Source: Anthoceros angustus (Eukaryota > Plantae > Anthocerotophyta). Taken from it: DNA of 64,000 bases. Position 1 is the stretch's first letter. Each line of letters starts with the position of its first letter. The position numbers were made by a program, and so were the translations under genes. Below, piece after piece: positions 1-12,372 of the stretch. The stretch covers positions 1 to 64,000 of the forward strand of contig MU008188.1 in NCBI GenBank assembly GCA_010909165.1, written 5' to 3'. Under the pieces are notes generated by a model. It did no database searches and was not told the origin of the DNA. It saw nothing but the letters and a program-made list of their open reading frames with translations.

Positions 1-184
1 GATGCAATTTTTCTGCCCTGATCTGTTCCTGGTCAGCCCGCTTTTAATCTTTTCCTGGAGTGCAATCAGTGCGTGTAATAAAGCTTCAGGACGTGGAGGA
101 CAACCCGGTATGTAAACATCTACCGGTATCACATGATCAGCGCCTTTAACTACTGAATATGTATTGTAAAAACGGTCCTCCGGT
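1..184 (-). CDS. nuoB: C-terminal fragment of NADH-quinone oxidoreductase subunit B (NuoB/PSST family), bacterial type
   Basis: Manual minus-strand translation (not in the ORF track): [49 protein letters not shown], with one indel in the A5 run at about 168-172. [13 protein letters not shown] is the hallmark NuoB motif. The N-terminal part is missing and the fragment abuts retrotransposon sequence. Confidence 0.9.
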
Positions 185-189
185 TCGAC

Positions 190-1650
190 CACATTTACCT
201 CCAGCGCGTTTCTCCTCCTCGCTTGATTCCCGATCGCCTCCTTCACAATTTTGCGGGATCTCGGACTCACCATAAGCATCTCAGTGACCACAAATTCGCG
301 GTCAAGTGTCGTCTGGAGATCTTATCGACAAGGTTTCCTCCCGTTTGCAGCCACAGCTGGTCGATTCCGACCTTATTGGTAAAACTTCGATTCCATGATC
401 CCTCCTATCGGTGGGATCCATACCGTGGATCCAATTCGGCTCCACCTCCACCTTCCGGGGTGAGCTTTAGCTCATCGGCATTGCGCCGCCCGGCTAATGT
501 CGGGAGAGCGCAGACGTTCCTCCTCCTTTGGCCTTCTTGCCCTACCGGTAGTGCGTCTACCCGTAGTGCCGGACTCTGGGTGATGCCTACCTTTCGGTTG
601 GGTGGGTCCGTTCCTCTCCTTTCGCGCTTTGCCGCGTCTCCGGAGGCCAGGTGGAGTCGTCCCTCACCTTCCTCCGCTTCCTTTCCTCGTGCTCACGCCG
701 TTTTCCGTACGGCCTTCTCTCGGCGGTCGATCGGTGGTCTTGGCCACCATCAACTCTTCATCTGCGCTCATCTCTCCTTCGTACCCTTCCTCCACAATTC
801 CGGATGTCACTGCTGGAGAATCGAAATCTCGCCTCCACCTTGACCCGTCGTTCTGTGTCGGTCTCGGGATTGGTTCGTGCCTCTTCACTGCAGGCTCGGT
901 GAACCTGACCCCTGGTCGTGCTGGTGTCACTCGCGCCACCCCGTACACCTGGGATCCCCCATTTTATGTCCCAATTCCTTACATACAGCAAAGGGTACAA
1001 ACTTCTTGCTTCCAGTTACGGGCATTCGTTTGAGTAGTGACCTGGGGCTCCACAATTATAACAACATCCCTGTGGAATTGCCATCGGCCTTTGTGATGGA
1101 TCTGGTCTCCATTGTCCTGGCGATGTCGGACGCGATCCATACCTTGAGGGAACTGGTGTAGTCGGTTGGTAAGTCGCCCTCATTGATTGAGGTGGCCGAC
1201 TTCCAGTGACGCTTACTGGTCCTCGTCCACATACCAATAATCTCACAGCGGTTTCCACATGATTTCTGACATGTCGTGGTGCGAATACATTCTCGGTTGG
1301 TGTGTCCGTTTGATGACGGATTGAGCAATACACCAAGCGCCTCGGTGAAGGAGATCTTCGTGGAGCTTGATTCTTCCTTTTGCTTTAACCTCTCGGTCAA
1401 CCTCTTGGTCAAAGCCTCCACTTGTCCCAATCCCTCCTCTGCAGACGTTTCTCCTTCTCCATCCGACGGACGTTTTCCCTTTTCTCTCCTTCTCCAGTGC
1501 ACATTCCGCCTCTTCCTGTTGTCTTTTGACCTTCTCCAGGTCCTTCTTCATACGTCGTTCGTAGGCCTTCTCGATTCTTCATCCGATGTGGAGCTTTCAC
1601 GAGTTGTCCTCACTTCTGATGAGGGCGAGGCGGCCAGATGGAGGCGGAGG
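190..1650 (-). pseudogene. Ty3/Gypsy gag, C-terminal part with CCHC zinc knuckle (element Gypsy-A), frameshifted
   Basis: ORF 1016..1336 ends in CYNCGAPGHYSNECP (CX2CX4HX4C). Charged/coiled segments lie upstream (1056..1551). It continues the gag at 7910-9080 across the Copia-1 insertion. Confidence 0.75.
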
Positions 1651-1655
1651 AAGAC

Positions 1656-1848
1656 TACGAAAACCCGGTAGTTTAAGTCAAAGCTTGACATGATGTGGTG
1701 TCACGAAGAACAAGTGCAAGCAAGCGGCGAATGCTTAGATAAAATAAAATAAGTGAGCATACACATAAAGCGTAAATTGTAGTTTAAATAGTGTAAACCT
1801 AATGAACCCCATCGCCTAGGTTACATATACTTAATGTATATTTTCATA
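1656..1848 (-). repeat. Copia-1 3' LTR
   Basis: Direct repeat of 7696-7904 (shared core aagcttgacatgatgtggtgtcacgaagaacaagtgcaagc...gtatattttcata). Confidence 0.92.
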
Positions 1849-2679
1849 CTCCCACATAACCTAGGCATTATGCATTTTTGACAGGAAGTATAGTCCACGA
1901 GCAGGTTCATCGGTCTTCGTTTCAGCGAGGCACGAAGCACGGCGGCGGCAAGCAGCGTCTCGGCTACTTGCCATAGTTTTATTACGATCGGCGTATGTCT
2001 GCGCCATAATCCGCAGGGTCGATGACGGCCTTGATGGGGGCCTTCTGCCCCTGTGATGATGGAGGCACTAGGATTGCGATCTCTAGGAGAGAGAGCGGCT
2101 AGGGCACATACGAATGACACGCGCCCGCAAGGAATGGAAGCCCCTTCAATCGGCACTTCATGAGAAGCTGGTGGGAGGAAGAGATAGCGGCGGTGTGGTA
2201 TGCAGTGTGCAAGCGAATCGGCGAGCAGCAGTGAAGGAGGAGGAGATTTGTGTGCTGAACAAGCCTATTGCAGACCCTCTCGGAGGCATGAGAGTAAGGT
2301 GGCATGAGGCTATCGGGACTCACTACCGGTGAAGGCGTGATAAAGGAAGAAGCGGAAGCGAAGCTGCGGCTCCACATAAGGACAAAGGAAAGAAGGCGCA
2401 AGATTAGGTGAGAAAACATCGCTTCATCCATGCTCCCTCTTACTAGGTAGTGACACGAAAACATGAGTCTTTATGTGACCGGTATCTTGTTTGTGATGTG
2501 TGCCACAGGCTCCGAGATGGGAAGAGTGGGAGATGATGTCTGACAAGGCGAGATCTGAAACCTAAATTATACTAGGCTTGAAGATCGGAGACTTGGGTCC
2601 CCCTCTCCCCATAGGTCGGGAGAAGCAATACCTTGAGTAGATAGTCAAGTCTACGAGTCCCAAGGACTCCATATGTAAT

Positions 2680-5600
2680 GAATGCTTGACTTTGGCGTGC
2701 CTTTGTCAATATGTCCGCATGTTATCATTAGGGAACATGTAGAATCTTAATAATTCCTCTTGATCTCTCTTATGTAGTGATGTTTAATCTCGAAGTGCTT
2801 CGTTCTTGCATGGAAACGGGATTAGCGACCAACGCAATGATTTGTTGTCACATAGCACGACGTGGGTTCCTTCCGCTCAACATGGAGGTCTCTCAAGTAA
2901 GCACGCTCCCACTCGACCTCTTTTGCGAATCAACAACGATATGTACCTCGCTTGATGAAAGGGCTATTGACATCTGTTTTTGCATGACCAATTCACGACC
3001 ACCGGCCGGAGGAAGCGATGTCGAGGCTCTTCCGTGAGTTAGGGTCGGAAGCCCAACAAGATCCGATAAGAGATAGTGTGAGGCCGGAAGGCAAACCACG
3101 ATAGAAGAGGCCAGCTTGATGTCCCTTTGAGGTAACGATAGATTCGTTTGACAACCGCCCAATGCACTCGTCCAGGCTTCTCAAGAAATTGGGACAGAGC
3201 TAATCAAAAAGCAATATCCGGTCTTGTCCAATTGGAGATGTAAATGAGGCAGCCCTGGCATGCAAGGGATCTTCTCCATGTCGGCAAGTTCCTCGGTGGT
3301 TGCACATTGGTCAGTTAACTTTACCCCACAGGCACGGAGTGGATCCGGACGCGCTTGATCAAGCTGAAATCTCCTCAGTATCTCGGTAAGGTATTTCTTC
3401 TGGTGAATTACAATCAGGCTTGTGTCCCTGTGACGTAGCACCTGGACACCTAGACAGAATTTTAAATCTCCCACATCCTTCATCTCAAATTCAGTTCTAA
3501 GCAGATTTTTAACCTTTTCTAACATGTCAAAATTTATGCAGTGCAAAGATCTGATCATCTACATATATGGCTAGGATGCAAAAGCTAAACCATCAACAAG
3601 GTAGTACACGGAAGAATCGAAGACTGACGAAACCAAGACTCTTAAGGTGAGTGTCTAATCTCTTGTTCCACAGCATGGCACTTTGTTTGAGGCCATACAG
3701 GGCCCTAAGAAGCTTGAGTACCTTCCTTGGAAATTGTTTGTTGATGTAGCCTTGGGGCTGTTCCATATATATCTCCTCTTCAATTTTGCCATGTAAGAAA
3801 GCAGTACATACATCCATTTGATGCAGTTCGAGATTGAGCTCAGCAGCTATAGCCAGGATGATTCTAATCGACTGTGCTCTGACTACAGGAGAAAAGGTCT
3901 CCTGGTAGTCGAGGCCAGGAACTTGACTAAAGCCCCGTGCACAGAGTCGAGCCTTATACCGAGCAATCTCACCTTTAGCATTTAGCTTAGTCTTGAAAAC
4001 CCATTTACAGCTAACAGCTTTGCGGCCAGCTGGCAAGTCTGTGAGTACCCATGTTTTGTTTTTGAGTATGGACTGATATTCCTCCTCTCTGCGGCTTGCG
4101 CTGATGGGCGTCGGGCGGGGTAGGCTTCATCCATGGAGACCGGGTCCAGATCTGAGGGGCACTCCGGGGAGCAATGCCGGGGACAACCATGTGTCTTTGA
4201 AGAGCGATAGTCAATGGAAGAATAAGGTGGGTCTTTCCATTGGGAAGGAGGAGCCAGCCTTAAAGGATACTGAGGGGAACACTGAAGCAAAGCCTCCTCT
4301 AACCGAGATAGGCAGGATCTTCAAGGGCTCAAGATGCAAGTCATAATCAAGATCCGGTGGAGCAGGTATGGGCGGGCAGGCTCAATGATGGGTATGGAAT
4401 CCGGAAGAGGATCGATCGGGAGGGAGGGGGATCTGGATTTAAAGGCTTGGCATCCGTGGTGAAGATTAGGGACCTTGAGGCCACCTGTGGAAAGATAGAT
4501 GGAGGAGTCTCAATGGAATCAGGGAAAGACTCATCATCAGAGGAATCTGAATCAGGGTGCACGCCAGCACGAGGGGAGGCTGAAGAGCAGTTCTTTGAAA
4601 ACAATGCTTCGTGCGAGAAAAGGGGTAAGAGTGACTGGGTCTATCAGCTTGTAGGCTTTAGCCTCATCTCCATATCCTACAAAGATTAATGCCCTTGATC
4701 TGTCATCTAACTTCTGACGTTTTTCTGGTGGGATATAGGCGTAGGCAGTGGAGCCAAAAACTCTGAGGTGCTGTATGCTAGGTTTCCGTCCCCAAAATTG
4801 CTCAAAAGGAGTCTTACCTTGAAGTGAAGTAGTGAGCAGACTGTTTAGAATGTAGGTAGGCTATTGTGCTTACGCGTACTCGGCAATGATGCCCATCTCA
4901 ACATCTTTGAGTCATGCCATGAGAGTCTGGTTCTTCCTCTCGGCAACCCGTTTCTTTGTGGGGTATAAGCAGTGAGTTGACGAAGGATACCATTTTCTGG
5001 AGGAAATCATCAAAATGCAGTTGCGAAATTGATTCCATTGTCGATTCGCAAACATTTGAGTAAACTGACTGTTGTCTCGGGCCATGAGGATCCATTCTTG
5101 AAACATGTGAAGGTATCACTCTTACGGGACATGGTATAGGTCCAAGTAAAACGGAAGTCATCGGTTATTGTAAGATAGTACCATGCTCCTCCTAAAGATT
5201 GTGTTTGCAGTTTACGGATATGTCGGCATGAACCAAGTCAAGGAGGCTGAAGTTCGAAGGCATGGTGTGGAAAAGGCTTCTCTTTTGCTTCGCCAAAAGC
5301 GAGGCCTCATGATGGGCAAGTCTTTGAAACATAAAATGGTTATTCTGATCCGAGACATTTTATTAGTGAATTCTTGTTGACATGCCCAAAGCGAGCATGC
5401 CATAACCCTTCACTTGCGGGCAAATGTCTTTGGAGAAGTTGATGCGATGACAACACTCGATGGGAACTTCACAAGTCACATCCGGTCGGTAAAGCTCGGT
5501 CGGGGACTCCACGGCCAATACCTTTATTCCTTTGGAGGAATGCTGAAGACTTCACAAGTTGTCCCATAGAGCGGAACTCAGGTTGTGTTGGATTGCCGAG

Positions 5601-6750
5601 TCGGACGGACGATTCTTCGCCATTCGGTACATAAAAGATGCACGGCACATGCGACCTTGAATTATCAGCCATAAGAAAGCAGCGGTGCAGATCCACTGGA
5701 TGGGTAAGCTCGTTGAGCGTCGTTCGTCACCCGGCAGACTGACTTGGTGGGTCGAAACTTCAGCTGGCGAGCAATTTGTTGTCTTTACAAATGTGTGCGA
5801 TTGCGCTGAATCTAGGTACTGCGAGGCGCTCGATGATGAGGAGAGGCGGATGGTGAGAATCTTGACCACTTGCTTTTCCATTCTCATTTGAGATCTTTCT
5901 TCCTTAGTGTTAACCTCGGCTTGGGACGACGGGCTCGCCTTCTTTTGCGGCAATCCCTCCTGCCGCACGTTACCAATTACTACCGGGTTTCTTGGTTGAG
6001 GAAGAAGATGAACCGGTGGTCGGACGACTGAGAATCTTGGTCGTCCTCCTCTTCCGCCCTCTCCAGAACCTCCACTGGCGTGAGGTGTAGAGGACTCATG
6101 CATCCGAACCTTTCGAGCCACTGGATTGTGTCAAGTCGACTCTTCTTGATACAATAGGATATCACATTCTCAGGTGAGGTTCACAGGTTCAGTGCCACGT
6201 TACGGCTAGCTATAAGTGGCCCATTTTGTAGTGACACAAAAGTTTGGTATGATGCGGGAAGACTAAGCGGTGAGCAATAGCATCCTCTTGATCATTTGGT
6301 GTTCAAGGAGCAAGGCGGGAGGCGAAGATGAGAATTTGCTTGTGTGGGCAGCCACCGTCACCCTCCCGCATCTTCAAAGTGTAGAACTCTGTTTGTCTTT
6401 GCACACTTAGTAAGCATCGTCTTGGCGGCATATGTATTAATGGTGATTCCAAACTTCATGGGCTTTGGTCAAAGATTCCATATCTGGAATGAGAACTTCA
6501 TCAAGTCCGTGGATCAAGAGCAAAACAACAACATTGGTAGTTCCATTTGTCAACATCGACTTGTGTTATAGTGGTTCGATTGCGATCCTCCGGTAGGAAA
6601 AGCGGTTCGCGTAAGATCCATCCACGACTCCCCATACTCCTCTTGCGCATGAGTGGTCATCATCACGTACGCCATATGTCAAATTTCGTTCCATTGAATC
6701 ATCTTGTGTTTTCAATTACTGTAAAGGTTGGAGCGACCATCTTGTGGATG
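2680..6750 (-). pseudogene. Copia-1 gag-pol polyprotein (frameshifted)
   Basis: Gag N-terminus FNGTKFDIWR (about 6670-6700), protease-like YLDSA (about 5810) and integrase (LDLVHADI about 5230, GVAERKNQTL about 4940, LRVFGSTAYAYIP about 4750). RT in ORF 3593..4036 (CKWVFKTK, YKARLCARGFSQ, HQMDV, LYGLKQS) plus YVDD at about 3554-3565. RNase H ADILTK at about 2710. Confidence 0.92.
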
Positions 6751-7162
6751 GGCGGTTGTATAAGCGGAGTTGAAAGGGAAAAAGAAGGTGGATTGGGAGG
6801 AACGGTGGTGGATTGGATGGAGATGTAGCTCTAGGTGGGTACGTGGTGGGCTTGGAGGTGTCCTAAAAGCCCAAACGCGTCTCTGAAATATGTATGGAGA
6901 TAAAGGGAAGCTAAAGAGGTAGTCTCTAGCGAGACATACATAAATACAAAAAACCACCGAGCAGATGGCAGTTATCTAAAGAAAACTCTTTTAGGGTTTC
7001 ATTTGGCTTTTAGCGAACTAGAAAAGACCAACTAACTCTTGACTTCTTTTCTAGGGCATGGATGGCTTGAGAAAGCGGTTACTAGCGCGGTCTTGAGCCA
7101 GGCGAGAAAAGGGTAGTAACGCACTTGGGTAAAACGAACCATCACCATGCTAGAAAAGCAGG

Positions 7163-7680
7163 TTAGATCACGACGCTCCTCCTCTCGGAGGGCGTAATGT
7201 TGATATGCGCTTGGTGGTCCTTCAATTTGGAGGAAAATCTAACAAATAGTTTATGAATTTTCGTGTTGAGTCCGACCTCATAGAAAAGATTGTTGTCTAC
7301 AGACACGTTTAAAATTCCTTCCAAAGTACCTCGGTGAATATCACGCAATGTGTTTGGATGTCTTGGTCTCCGTCTGAGGCTGGTGAGAGATCGCGGTTTC
7401 TTTGTGATGATCTTGTTTGAACAATCGTCCCTGTACAAGTGGATGTTGTAGCGATTCGTTTTTTGATGTGAAGTATTGCGGCCCGCCAATAATTCTCCAG
7501 GATCAATTGATCACGTTCAGCCTTTGTCTCAACCCCAGACCAGGGGATGCTGGTTGGAATACACGAGGAGGTCTTTAGAAAACCTGGCCTTGAGAAGGTC
7601 TTTGCAAATCCTCCTCTTCCACCGAATCCACAATTCGATTTGTTCCTCGGCATTGCAACTACAGCATGTTCACCAGCGCA
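7163..7680 (-). CDS. Possible extra ORF of unknown function between PBS and gag of Copia-1
   Basis: Overlapping ORFs 7309..7653 and 7163..7489 on the element's sense strand could be one frameshifted ORF of about 165 aa. No motif recognised. Confidence 0.3.
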
Positions 7681-7683
7681 TGT

Positions 7684-7695
7684 GCTCTGATACCA
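7684..7695 (-). promoter_or_regulatory. Primer-binding site, tRNA-iMet (TGGTATCAGAGC)
   Basis: Plus strand gctctgatacca is immediately adjacent to the 5' LTR. Confidence 0.92.
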
Positions 7696-7904
7696 TATGA
7701 AAAACCAGAGGCGCTGGATTTAAGTCAAGAAAGCTTGACATGATGTGGTGTCACGAAGAACAAGTGCAAGCAAGCAGCCAGAATGCTTAGATAAAATAAA
7801 ATAAGTGAGCATACACATAAAACGTAAATTGTAGTTTAAATAGTGTAAACCTAATGAACCCCATACGCCTAGGTTACACATATACTTAATGTATATTTTT
7901 CATA
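7696..7904 (-). repeat. Copia-1 5' LTR with TATGAAAA...TTTTCATA terminal inverted repeats
   Basis: Direct repeat of 1656-1848, followed by the TSD AAGAC. Confidence 0.92.
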
Positions 7905-7909
7905 AAGAC

Positions 7910-9080
7910 GAGGAGCTAGATCTCCTCGATCCTTTCCTCTTCTTATGACTTCGCCTCTTCTTTCTCCTCCTCCCCAACTCGGCGGACTCCCATTCCTCAG
8001 CTAAGCGGAGGGCTCCTGCTAACGTCTTCGTTCCACGCTGCGGTGTACCTCCATTTTGAGACAAGCCACTCACAAACCAATCAGCAACGCTCTTGTGAGT
8101 ACCCGGAGGTGGCGGGTCTCCGGCCTCTCGGGTGCACATTTCGGAACTCGATCTAGATATACGTAAAACCTCTCCACATAATCGAACAAAGACTCGCTTC
8201 TTCCCTCTGAAGGGTCCTCGGCTTTGCCAAAGTGTGGTGTGCATATGAGCCCAGGAAATTCAAGGCTGCCTTGAGCTTCCCAATTGGCGCCCCACGAATT
8301 ATGGATGCGCCGTACCCACCGTTGTCGTGCCCTCTCGGATCCGGAAGATCTTGCGGTCGATCGGACTCCATCCTCCAAATTAGCGTGGGAGGCGTGCCGA
8401 AAGTTCTTACAAGCGCCTCCGCGTCATCTCCCTTCTTCTTCTGCTTTTGGCGTATTGGCGCGGTTGCGTGGCGTGGCCCTCCTCCTCCACCAACTCCACT
8501 CATGTTGCTTTGTCACAGCGTCACACACTTCTTCTTCCTTGAATAACAGCAGATCGGGATCCTTGAGTAAATCTTCTACCAAGGTGGTGACCTCCCTTGG
8601 TTCGTCAGCGGATCAATCGTGAGATTCGATCGAGTCGTTCCGCCAAATCCTCCGACCAGGCCTGAAATTCCCCGCTACTGACGACCTCGTCGTCGCTGTC
8701 AGTTTCGCTGGAAGTTGGGGTGGTATCACCGCTTCGAGAAGCAAAACGTCGCGGGAGTTCCGCGACGGTTGTGAAAGGCAGGTCGTGCTCGGAAAAGTGC
8801 GCCTCTTCCTCGTCGCTGGACACCAATTTCTCTTCCACGACCTCCTTCCTTTCGCTGTCGGTGATCTCCGCCTCTTCCTCCTCTTCCTCCTCTTCCGCAC
8901 CTCTCGTTTTACGGGTCAAGCGACTTCCTCGCGTCACGTGACTCACTTCCTCCTGTCCTCGGTAGCGGCAGTACGGTCTCTTCCATGGCTGATTCCTCCA
9001 TGGCTCGTAAATCTCCTTGCGGTGTGGTGGTGACCTCACGTGTATCTCGAGATCGGCCCCTACGGACATACGCACTCATC
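7910..9080 (-). pseudogene. Ty3/Gypsy gag, N-terminal part (Gypsy-A), frameshifted
   Basis: Capsid-like segments ESLFDYVERF and VADWFVSGL...ALRLAEEWE in ORFs 8070..8378 and 7900..8244. Lies downstream of a PBS and LTR. Confidence 0.7.
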
Positions 9081-9276
9081 CTCATGTCCTCCAACTCACA
9101 GGTGTTAAGAAGAAAGCAAGTCACGCCCCGTTTAGTGTCTCAACCGGTCACCCCTATGACAACTTAGGCAGCGCAAGTTTCCTTCTTCTCACCCTATGGT
9201 CGACTCTCAGTCCCTTTGGAAAACACTCTGCAGCCTATCGATGGAAACCACAAAACTTCAAACTTTCAACAACAAA

Positions 9277-9294
9277 TCCCCGGCAACGGCGCCA
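9277..9294 (-). promoter_or_regulatory. Primer-binding site, tRNA-Asp type (TGGCGCCGTTGCCGGGGA)
   Basis: 18-mer located 4 nt from the LTR CA end. This is the PBS typical of Athila-like plant Gypsy elements. Confidence 0.88.
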
Positions 9295-9298
9295 AAAA

Positions 9299-9900
9299 TG
9301 TGGTAGGGAAAACCCGGGGCACTCCCGAGGTCCTCCCACTATAGCGGCCACACTTATCACTTTGTCGCTTTGCGTTGGGTTTCGTCCCATGAGACTTGTG
9401 TGAAAGTTCGAGGTCTTGATGCCCGTCGCTACTGCATGACACACTTCTCGACCTTCTAAACAAGCAAGGCGCCTCTACTCTCCCTCTTCCACGGTACGCT
9501 TGCCTTTGCCCGAAAATCACCAATCCTCGACCTACAACGACACACTTGCAGGTCACCTTTGGCGAGGAGCCTATCACGGGCGCCGAGGACCCCAGTCCAC
9601 AGCGATTTCGTCCCTACTTCTAAGACCACTCTTCTCCACTCGGGGCTCTCTTTTACTTGCAGTTGGGATTCGTCCCTTAGGCTGCACTGTGGCCTTCCAC
9701 TAACACCTACACCTCTAATCCTCTACTCATCTTCTCATCTTCTCATCCTCTTCCTCCTATTCTAACCTCGATTCGGGCTTCTTGACTCGCCCTTACGGCT
9801 GGCCACAGGGTCGGCCTCCACCAGCAAGTTCTTCCTTGGGCGGTTGCTATGAGTTTGACACCACTCGGCGCCACCGAGTCTTTCCCATGTGCGATCTCCG
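9299..9900 (-). repeat. 3' portion of the Gypsy-A 5' LTR, interrupted by Copia-2 and resuming at about 16735
   Basis: Homologous to 31121-31790 and 40061-40730. The sequence at 16735 onward matches 31820 onward. Confidence 0.85.
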
Positions 9901-11014
9901 TAGTGTTCACTGTGAAGGATCGTAGCGTCTTTGGTGGAAGGAGGAGGCGGAGGAGGCAGAATAGCTCTCTCTCATTGAGATGAGGCTTGGAGGTATTATA
10001 CCCTCAATAGGCTCCCTAGGAAGCTCCACAAGAAGCTCCTAGGAAGGAGCACAAGAAGCTTCCTAGTGATTAGCTTAGCTAAACTAATGATACTTAACAC
10101 CTAACTTAGACTAAGTGTATTAGTCTAAGTACATTTGGGCTTTAATACCCTTACAACCTCCCACTTAAAGGCCAATTTACCTTGGAAGAATGGACTATCT
10201 CATGCCCATCGATGTCAGAGCTTGTGCAAATTGCTCGTAGAGAGTCCCTTGGTAAGAATATCTGCGGGGTTGGTGGTGTGAACCTTGACAAGTTGTACCC
10301 TCTTGTCATCCAACACCTCTCGAATGAAGTGATACTTCACATCCACATGTTTAGTCTTCGCATGAAACACGATTCTTTGCCAATTGGATAGCACTGCTAT
10401 CACAATGCAACACCGGACTCAACCTTGATCCCCAAGTCTCCCACTAAGCGCAAGCCATATGGCTTCCTTGCAAGCCTCGATTCGCAACATACTCGGCCTC
10501 TGTGGTAGATAGCGTGCCGCAAAGCAGATCGCCATGAGACGCCCCTCCAGTGCGTGAAGACATAACGATGTGGACCTCCTTTTGTCCATATCCCCACATA
10601 ATCGGCATCTGTACCCAACCACATGCATCTTCACTACCAAAACATATGCACAAAGCTTTTGTACCATTCGGATACCTCATAACTCCTTTTCGCCTCCCAA
10701 TGCTTCTTGCGGTTTGACATAAACACACTAACCACTCCGCAAAGGCAATGTCGGGACGCAATCATTGCATACATCAAACTCCCTACGGTGATGAGTATGG
10801 GACCTTCTCCATTTCAGCTTTGTCCTCCTCGAGCTTGGGGCAATCCGGCAAGTTTCACATATGGAGGCAATGGAGTACCCAATGGCTTCCCTTCTCCATG
10901 TTGAAGCGTTGAAGCACCATAATGTATTAAAGAGACAAATAAAGCACGCTTATATGTTCAGAATCGCATGCCAAGTATATGGCTCGCCTCTCCCAAGTCT
11001 GTCATTTCAAAGTG

Positions 11015-12372
11015 ACCCTTACAACCTCCCTTGGGTGACCCTCTGCAGGTCACCTTTTCCAATATTCTATTATTTCCTACATGACATTTAATGACCTAGC
11101 ATCTAAGTCTATGCATCCTTGGTAAATTCTATTCTAGCAACTTCACCTAAGATCATCCTTAAAGGATGTCGGTCTACATCACCTATCCTTCCTATTATTC
11201 TACCAGCTCATTTATGGTCATTGACCATTCTAGTCCTTATCTTCTTTGGGGTGGTGACATGTCCTTGTGGATTGGCTCCCTCGCCCTCCTTTTGCTCTGT
11301 CCCTTCCCGGATCTTGTCGCCTTCCTAATGTGGGGCAAGTACAATCCCCTTCCTCCATCTCTGAGGCGGCCTAAAGTCTGTTACCTTCCATCAATCGCGC
11401 CCCTCCGCACCTAGGCGCCTTTTCTCCGCCTCACGGTCGCGCCCGTTCATCGCACCCTACGCGGTAGTCGGCGGACTACCGTGGTAGGTGACTACCTACC
11501 ATGGTAGTCCCCTTCCTTCTTCTCTCCGCGCCGGTGAGGACTTGGTCAAGATCTCCATTGCTCTTTGCCTTGTTTGGTTGTCCATACCTATTATGGAGCA
11601 TGTTTTCAAAGGTTCCTCCCCATTTTGACCGATGTTGTCACCTCGCTAATTCCTCCGGGCCTTCTTTGCGTTGGTCTCCTCTCTTGGCTGCTCCTCCCTT
11701 ATCCGTGGGGTGAGGGAATTTCTTACCCCTCTCCTTCTTCACGGGCCATACCCGTCTTTGGTCTCCTCGGTGGCATTGCTCCCTCAACCACCTTATCATC
11801 TATCTTAGGGGCATGTTCGATCCCCCCTTCCATCCTCAATCGGGCCTTCGTGGCTGGCTCCCTCAGTCCGCCCGTAGGTACAGCCCCTAATGTAGTCGCG
11901 GACTCGTGGGGTGGCGACCTACCACGGTGGTGGCGGACTACCGTGGTGGTGGTCACTCTGGTAGGTGACCCCTACCTTGCTTCTGCGCCATCTCCTTCCT
12001 TGGCGAGGACTCATCCTCCTCTCCTTCACTTGTGGAACAAGTGACCTCCTTGCTCTGCACTTATGTTGGTAGGTTGAGCTCCTCTTTGTGATTTTTCATT
12101 CTCCTAGGGAGACAACCTCCTCCTTAACATCTCTGTGGGGCCAAAGTACTTGCCTCCCTACCATCGCTCTCCCTCAATAGCACTTGCATCCATTGCCTCC
12201 TTGACGGACCTCGCGGTGGGCTGCACGCCTCTGTGTAGGGCGCCTCTGTGAGGTGCCTCCCTACCGTGGTAGGTTGCCTTCTTCCTCCTGTTTCCTTATG
12301 GCACTATGGGCTCCTCTCTCGCCATTTCTTCTCCAAACTCCTCGAGTCCATATCGCTTGTGACCTCATCAAA
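11015..12372 (-). repeat. Segment of the long Gypsy-B-family LTR replacing the Copia-2 RT core
   Basis: Matches 32050-33480 and 41000-42365. A second such segment lies at about 14430-15070 (matches 34945-35590). Confidence 0.8.

Larger units (their letters stand above)
1656..7904 (-). mobile_element. Full-length Ty1/Copia LTR retrotransposon (Copia-1) inserted in Gypsy-A gag
   Basis: Two LTRs of about 200 bp (1656-1848, 7696-7904), 5-bp TSD AAGAC (1651-1655, 7905-7909), tRNA-iMet PBS, PPT (about 1849-1857), and gag-PR-INT-RT-RH domain order. Confidence 0.95.

Noticed and set aside
9277-9294. tRNA-Asp gene
   Set aside because: Only the 18-nt 3' end including CCA is present next to an LTR, so it is a primer-binding site and not a cloverleaf.
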